From positions 1 to 12,484 of the forward strand of contig JAYZAC010000056.1 in NCBI GenBank assembly GCA_036339875.1: a stretch of 12,484 nt of DNA, written 5' to 3'. This document shows, in pieces, positions 7,268 through 12,484 of this stretch (its first letter is position 1; each line of letters opens with the position of its first letter). The translations under genes and the position numbers were made by a program. The stretch is from a bacterium (GTDB lineage: Bacteria; Muiribacteriota; UBA6191). Under the pieces are notes generated by a model. It was not told where the DNA came from. It saw nothing but the letters and a program-made list of their open reading frames with translations, and ran no database searches.

Positions 7268-8344
7268 ATGCACTTGGAGCGAATACGCGCTTATCTTACT
7301 CTCAATCTTATTGAACACAAAGCTGGTGTCAGCCTCGTACCGTTTTTTGAGGCTAACTGTGACGTTGAAGAAGTGGTCCAATTTCCAAGATTAAAATGGG
7401 AAGAGTATTATTCAAAATCCTCAGTAGATAGAGTTTTTACCCAGAGGAAAAATCTACGAATAGAACAAGAGTTAGAGTTCATTATTGAAAATAAAATCGG
7501 TTTGTTACCCTTTGAAGATAGCGATTATCCACCACTTCTTAGAGATATATATAACCCACCTCGATTACTTTACTTTTTGGGTAAATTACCACCTAATGAT
7601 GCGATGCATATTGCTATCGTAGGCTCTCGAGATTGTTCTCTAGCCGGTAAATGTTTGGCAGAGGAAGCAGGTAAATTCTTAGCTCGACACGGTATTTCGG
7701 TAGTCTCTGGATTTGCGCGAGGTATTGATCGGGCTAGTCATACAGGTGTTGTAAAGACGAGGCCTCAAGGGTACGCAGTTGGTGTGGTAGCAAGTGGGAT
7801 TGGAGAATATCTAAAACCGAAACTACTTGATCTTTACGAGGGAGTGATGAATAACGGCCTTATAATTACAGAATTCCCTGTGACATCAAATGCAATGAAG
7901 CGTAACTTTCCCATGCGCAACAGAATTATTACTGGTATGAGCGTTGCGACTATTATTGTGGAGGCCAGAATTCGTAGTGGTTCAATGGTTTCCGCTCGAT
8001 TAGCTTTAGAGCAGGGTCGCGAAGTTTTTGCTGTACCGGGTCCAATGCATAGTGAACTGAGTGCAGGTCCTAATAGTTTAATTCGCAATGGTGCCAATCT
8101 TGTAAGTTGTTGGGAGGATGTCTTAGAAGATCTCAAAATACCAATAAATACTACCCAAGATTTGTATTTACCTGAAGAAGATCAGAGATTTTTAGGATAT
8201 GTTAAGTCAGTACCCACAAGCCTCGATGATATTCTATACAAATCTCAAAAACCATTGAATTGGGTCCTCAAAAAAATTGTACAACTAGAGTCTCAAGGGC
8301 ATCTTCGGAGACACCCAGGAGACAAAGTTAGTAAAATTTCCTGA
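7268..8344 (+). CDS. dprA: DNA-processing protein DprA (Smf)
   Basis: YPPLLRDIYNPP.LL, IAIVGSR, VVSGFARGID..SH, ITEFP, NFPMRNRIITGMS, IVEA...SGS...A..ALEQGREVFAVPG, GPN.LI..GA. C-terminal winged-helix-like segment SLDDIL...LESQG..RRHPG. Confidence 0.96.
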   Translation: MHLERIRAYLTLNLIEHKAGVSLVPFFEANCDVEEVVQFPRLKWEEYYSKSSVDRVFTQRKNLRIEQELEFIIENKIGLLPFEDSDYPPLLRDIYNPPRLLYFLGKLPPNDAMHIAIVGSRDCSLAGKCLAEEAGKFLARHGISVVSGFARGIDRASHTGVVKTRPQGYAVGVVASGIGEYLKPKLLDLYEGVMNNGLIITEFPVTSNAMKRNFPMRNRIITGMSVATIIVEARIRSGSMVSARLALEQGREVFAVPGPMHSELSAGPNSLIRNGANLVSCWEDVLEDLKIPINTTQDLYLPEEDQRFLGYVKSVPTSLDDILYKSQKPLNWVLKKIVQLESQGHLRRHPGDKVSKIS

Positions 8345-8347
8345 CGA

Positions 8348-11300
8348 TCAATCATCGTCAATAATAGTGAATGTGTAACTAGATTGGTCGCCTAAGCTTA
8401 GATTCGTTGGATTGATGAGTTGGATAGTAAATGATTCAAGATTTTCTTGATCTAAATCATCAATTATCGAATATGAAATTGACTGCGACTGTTGGCCCGC
8501 ACTAAAGTTCAACGTGCCACTTGTTAAATTAAAATCGGCGCTTGAAGCACTATTATCATCGCTTAACACATAATCCACAGATACATTCTGATCGCTAGTC
8601 GTGGTAAGTCTCACTGATACGGATAAATTCCAATTACCTTCAATGATCTCTGCTGATTTACGGTTGAATGAAACCAATGTTTTATTACTATTTTTAGGAG
8701 TATAGCGCTGGAAACTATCGCTTGGTGGACCAAATACATAAATTCTCCCATTATATGCAGCAGCCAGATGATCTTTACGCGATGAAACAGCAGGTGCAAC
8801 TATCGGATCAGATTCTAAGAATTGAGAAGATTCAGGATCGAAAATGAATACATCAACCACTTGACCAAAGTCATCTTCACCTCCTATTAAGTAAATTAGT
8901 CCGTCAATAAGTGTTGCAGTTCCATAGGTCTGAAATACCAAAGTGTTACTTATCGTGCTCCAACTATTTGTACTTATATCATAAACTTCTACATTCAGAA
9001 ATACGTCATTTGCGCCAACTTGACTTCGACCGCCGAACAGATAAATTTTACCGTTGTATAAAACAGAATCATGTCCATATCGATTTGATGGTGAAGGTGA
9101 ACCGGTTGTCCATTGATTTGTAATGGTATCGAAAATGTCCATAGTATTCGTAGTAGAAAATCCTTCATCCAAAATACCACCATGGATGTATAACTTATTT
9201 TCATAGCCTACTGCAGTATGATTTCTTCGAGCAATTCCTTCACTTAGGATAGTATTAACACTGCTAGTTGCAGGGTCAATCTGAAGTAAAGAGTTAGTTG
9301 ATGCATTTACGGCAGAACCACTATTTTGTCCGCCATATGTATAAAATTGTCCATTTACCAAAGTGCTGGTGTAGTCTGATCTGGATTGTACGAGATTTAT
9401 TTCATTCGATTCGACTTCCCAAGTATTAGTTGTGAAGTCAAAGATTGATACTCTGCCGCCACCCAAAGAACCCGTTAAATCAGCGCAAATAGCATATAAT
9501 TTATTATCATAGATAGCACCATCTGCCTCATCACATCTAATGGTTGCAGTAGCTGTCCTATTGGGCATATCTGACCAAGAACTTAATTCAATGGGTCCAT
9601 TATTAACAGTTAACGTAGTGTTAAGTGGATAGACTAGTTCTCTTGGTTGGGTATTACCATCATCTACAATGATTTTTATTTTAACCCCAACCTGATCTGT
9701 GTCAAAATCATAGTTAGAATGCCAGACTAATTTAGCAGTTTCTGAAACTATACCACTGACTTTACCACTAACTGAAGTAGCTTTTCGCCAAGGACCATTA
9801 TCTCCATTGAGGCTATACTCAATGGTGAGGCTTGTTGGCTCTGAATCAGGTTCACTGATATCAGCCCTAATCGATAGATCTCGCTCATAGCTAGATTGGT
9901 TTTCTGGAATAACCTTCAGATTTGAGACATCTGGCCTACTATTATTAAGTATGGTGAATGTTACAGTTTGACTCAAACCACTTCCGCCGATAGTACTACT
10001 AGTGGTAAGCATAAACTCAACACTCCCATTACCCAGAGGCAGAGTTTCTTTTGAATACCATGTGGCTGTTTTTCCAGTTTCGAAAATAGTATTAAGGCTT
10101 GTGCTTATATGAGTAGATGGAATTGAGGCAAAAGCTCCGACTCCATTTTCTCTGTAGTGAGCGGTTATTTCGGTGAGGTGTGAACTATGACTATCGAAAC
10201 TAAAAACAATATCTCCACCTCCGTTAGCTGGAAGATTTAGATTTTGTATTTCAGGAACATAGTAATAACCTTCTTCAAAATTACTTACATCAAATCGTAG
10301 GTCTGCGCGGTATGAGCCATCTAAAATATTAACATTCGTAGGATTGCTAAAGCCCCCCAAAGTACCGCACCATTTTTCGGTAGCATCACAGATTTCGCCA
10401 TCATGGTCAAAATCAGTTCCTGCACGTATCTGAATCACTTGACCCTCACTTAGGCCATCTAGTACGTAATGATAACCCTCATTATAATGGGTATATGTGT
10501 GAGTTACGATTATTCCGTTTTCAATAGCTTCCACTTTGATTAATGGATATATCACTTCATTCTGAGCTACAGTTACAGTGACAGGAATTGTCAAAGCATC
10601 TACTGCTTCTCCTGACTGTAAATGAACTCCGTCAATAGTAATGATAGCGGAGTGGTCACCTTGGCTTAAATGATATTTGTCAGCGTAAATTCCTAATTTT
10701 GAAGCGGTTGCACCAAATCCGGCTTCTGGGCGGAAGACTAGCCAATCATAAGTACTGGCGGTAGTGTACTGAACTGACCAAGTGAGAGCATTGATATCAT
10801 CAGAACCCTTGTTAACAATTGTTAGCTCTTGGTATGCCGCTCCTTCACCATAGGCAATACTTGAAGGTACTGCTCCCAGTTTGGGTCCGAATACACCGGA
10901 ATCTTCTCCTACAGCTTCAGCAGCCTTGAAAGCATTTAGGAAGCCCACACCAAAATGATCGTCACGCCCAGGATTACCAAGATCTGTGGAAGTTTGTTCT
11001 AAGAAATCACGTAACTCCTGTGGTGTGAGATTAGGATTAAGTGATTTGATTAAACCTGCCACGCCAGCTACATGAGGAGAGGCCATTGAAGTACCTGCCC
11101 AAGCTTCATATCTATCATTAAGTACTGTAGACCAAATTTGTACTCCAGGAGCTGAAATATCAATGTGTGAACCGTAGTTAGTAAAACCAGCAGGGCTTAA
11201 ATTTGGTGAAATAGCCGAGACACACATACATGAATCAAAACCACAAGGTGTAAAAAAGGTTACATCAGTATCTTTACCGTTATTACCTGCTGCACAAACA

Positions 11301-12484
11301 GGTAATGTTCCAGCGGATACTGCACTCTGCATAGCAGTATTGTATGGATGAGTTGGTGAGTTAATTCCAGGTCCTCCTAGACTCATATTCATCACGTCAG
11401 CAGGCTTGGGTGGTACTGTACCTGAACTATTTGGTAATCCTGCGGCATAAAGAATCGCATTCAGAATTGCATTACCACTACAGCTTCTGCCAGGACAAAC
11501 TCGTAACGGCATAATACTGACTTCCCAGTTTTTACCAACCACGCCTTCCCCATTATTAGCCTTGGCGCCTATTGTTCCGGCCACATGACCGCCGTGAATA
11601 TTACCGCTAGAAATAAATGGATCATTATCCATACTCACAAAGTCATATCCTTGGATGTATTTACCATCGGGGTCGGTGGGGGAGCTCATAATATCTTTGT
11701 GATAAGCGGGCCCGCCATCGATCACTGCTACGATAACGTCTTTAGAGCCTTTCGTGATTTCCCAAGCTTCAGGTAAATTAATAGCATCAATATTCCACAT
11801 ATTACCCGTGGCATACTTTGTGTCATCAGGCTGTATCGCCGTGCTGTAATAATAGTGTGTGTGCTGTACTTGTTCATTACCGTAATTTGTTCGATAGCTT
11901 TCTAATGCCTCAATTGTATGGAATATATTAGCGTAACGATCGGCCATGTCATCATAGCTACTATAGTTAGCGGTCATTTGACCTGTACTACTTCGAGCAG
12001 CCACAGTTTTAGGAAGACTCAGTTTTATAGTTTGGAATCTAGGTGCACTCCTAGCATCTCCGACACTGCCCACTCTCATTACTGAACGTGCAATATTCGA
12101 ATTACTGTTATCTGGGGTAACAAAGGTTAGTTCTCCACTAACTATTTCTGTGTAGTTTCCTTTATAAAGACCCTCAAAATAATTGATACCTACTGGTACT
12201 CTTCGATTTGGCTGATAAAGTGCAGCTGTAGTGGAACCAGTAAGACCTTGTGTATTTGAATTTGAGTCGTCACCTTGTTGCAACCTTAATAAGTAGGGTG
12301 CTTTTTCAGAGCTATTAACTTCAATTAAATAGCGCCCTTCACTAAGATGCATAAATCCGTGCAATTCATCTTTACGGCTAAAATGACGAATTTGCTTGCC
12401 TGTATTAGAATCCCACAAACTTACACTAAGTTCCACCTCATCACTAGTGATGTATGGATATAGGCTGAATTGCATTGGATAGAC
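8348..12484 (-). CDS. Large multidomain S8 (subtilisin-like) serine peptidase with Ig-like modules, Kelch repeats and C-terminal Calx-beta; probably 5'-truncated
   Basis: Catalytic Asp in VAVIDGG (11717-11719), His in HGGHVAG (11594-11596), oxyanion Asn in AAGNNG (11282-11284) and Ser in GTSMASPHVAG (11087-11089). The frame stays open past ATG 12475 to the window edge (GTC TAT CCA ATG), and that Met is not followed by a signal peptide, so the true start is likely outside the window. Confidence 0.92.
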   Translation of the reverse strand, partial: VYPMQFSLYPYITSDEVELSVSLWDSNTGKQIRHFSRKDELHGFMHLSEGRYLIEVNSSEKAPYLLRLQQGDDSNSNTQGLTGSTTAALYQPNRRVPVGINYFEGLYKGNYTEIVSGELTFVTPDNSNSNIARSVMRVGSVGDARSAPRFQTIKLSLPKTVAARSSTGQMTANYSSYDDMADRYANIFHTIEALESYRTNYGNEQVQHTHYYYSTAIQPDDTKYATGNMWNIDAINLPEAWEITKGSKDVIVAVIDGGPAYHKDIMSSPTDPDGKYIQGYDFVSMDNDPFISSGNIHGGHVAGTIGAKANNGEGVVGKNWEVSIMPLRVCPGRSCSGNAILNAILYAAGLPNSSGTVPPKPADVMNMSLGGPGINSPTHPYNTAMQSAVSAGTLPVCAAGNNGKDTDVTFFTPCGFDSCMCVSAISPNLSPAGFTNYGSHIDISAPGVQIWSTVLNDRYEAWAGTSMASPHVAGVAGLIKSLNPNLTPQELRDFLEQTSTDLGNPGRDDHFGVGFLNAFKAAEAVGEDSGVFGPKLGAVPSSIAYGEGAAYQELTIVNKGSDDINALTWSVQYTTASTYDWLVFRPEAGFGATASKLGIYADKYHLSQGDHSAIITIDGVHLQSGEAVDALTIPVTVTVAQNEVIYPLIKVEAIENGIIVTHTYTHYNEGYHYVLDGLSEGQVIQIRAGTDFDHDGEICDATEKWCGTLGGFSNPTNVNILDGSYRADLRFDVSNFEEGYYYVPEIQNLNLPANGGGDIVFSFDSHSSHLTEITAHYRENGVGAFASIPSTHISTSLNTIFETGKTATWYSKETLPLGNGSVEFMLTTSSTIGGSGLSQTVTFTILNNSRPDVSNLKVIPENQSSYERDLSIRADISEPDSEPTSLTIEYSLNGDNGPWRKATSVSGKVSGIVSETAKLVWHSNYDFDTDQVGVKIKIIVDDGNTQPRELVYPLNTTLTVNNGPIELSSWSDMPNRTATATIRCDEADGAIYDNKLYAICADLTGSLGGGRVSIFDFTTNTWEVESNEINLVQSRSDYTSTLVNGQFYTYGGQNSGSAVNASTNSLLQIDPATSSVNTILSEGIARRNHTAVGYENKLYIHGGILDEGFSTTNTMDIFDTITNQWTTGSPSPSNRYGHDSVLYNGKIYLFGGRSQVGANDVFLNVEVYDISTNSWSTISNTLVFQTYGTATLIDGLIYLIGGEDDFGQVVDVFIFDPESSQFLESDPIVAPAVSSRKDHLAAAYNGRIYVFGPPSDSFQRYTPKNSNKTLVSFNRKSAEIIEGNWNLSVSVRLTTTSDQNVSVDYVLSDDNSASSADFNLTSGTLNFSAGQQSQSISYSIIDDLDQENLESFTIQLINPTNLSLGDQSSYTFTIIDDD
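8351..8680 (-). other. Calx-beta domain at the C-terminus of the S8 protein
   Basis: VSF...IIEG...V.V.L...VSVDY...SA...DF...SGTLNF.AGQ.SQ.I...IIDD...E..E.F.I.L.NP......TFTIIDDD. Confidence 0.88.
8700..9585 (-). repeat. Six Kelch-type protein repeats (beta-propeller) within the S8 protein
   Basis: Repeated hydrophobic-GG cores: KLYAICA (degenerate), QFYTYGG, KLYIHGG, KIYLFGG, LIYLIGG, RIYVFGP. Each follows an R..H/Y-like strand, and most are followed by [YF]D...N.W-like motifs. Confidence 0.85.

Noticed and set aside
7834..8136. 100-aa minus-strand ORF
   Set aside because: Antisense to the conserved DprA core.
8611..11776. ORFs 8611-8799, 8995-9204 (-) and 8911-9123, 11585-11776 (+)
   Set aside because: Short alternative-frame or antisense ORFs inside the S8 protease gene; no recognisable motifs.
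12473..12475. ATG 12475 as the true start of the protease
   Set aside because: The frame is open to the window edge and no signal peptide follows this Met, so it is likely internal.
1..12484. CRISPR array, tRNA/rRNA, IS or prophage, defence system
   Set aside because: Nearly the whole window is coding. I saw no spaced direct repeats, cloverleaf, transposase/integrase or nuclease motifs. The MBL protein is glyoxalase II-like and DprA is the ordinary full-length type.

Overview
AT-rich bacterial chromosomal segment, standard genetic code (TGA/TAA/TAG all used as stops). I found no mobile element, CRISPR array or RNA gene. Left to right: (1) the 5' part of mqnC (futalosine menaquinone pathway radical SAM enzyme; minus strand, runs off the left edge, missing from the ORF track); (2) a CHASE2 / class III adenylate cyclase behind a perfect extended -10 promoter; (3) a divergent plus-strand run of one or two small unexplained ORFs, an MBL-fold hydrolase and a YihX-like HAD phosphatase; (4) an orphan, highly divergent flagellin-like gene with a sigma70-type promoter and a CsrA-type hairpin over its ribosome-binding site; (5) a probable three-gene operon of an unknown single-pass membrane protein with a weak PilM/GspL-like segment, an unannotated 46-aa ORF and dprA; (6) a giant multidomain S8 subtilase (S8 + Ig-like modules + Kelch propeller + Calx-beta) that probably starts beyond the right edge. 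The most novel-looking elements are the degenerate flagellin-like gene with its regulatory signals and the operon divergent from it that ends in dprA. All family assignments are by motif recognition; no searches were run.
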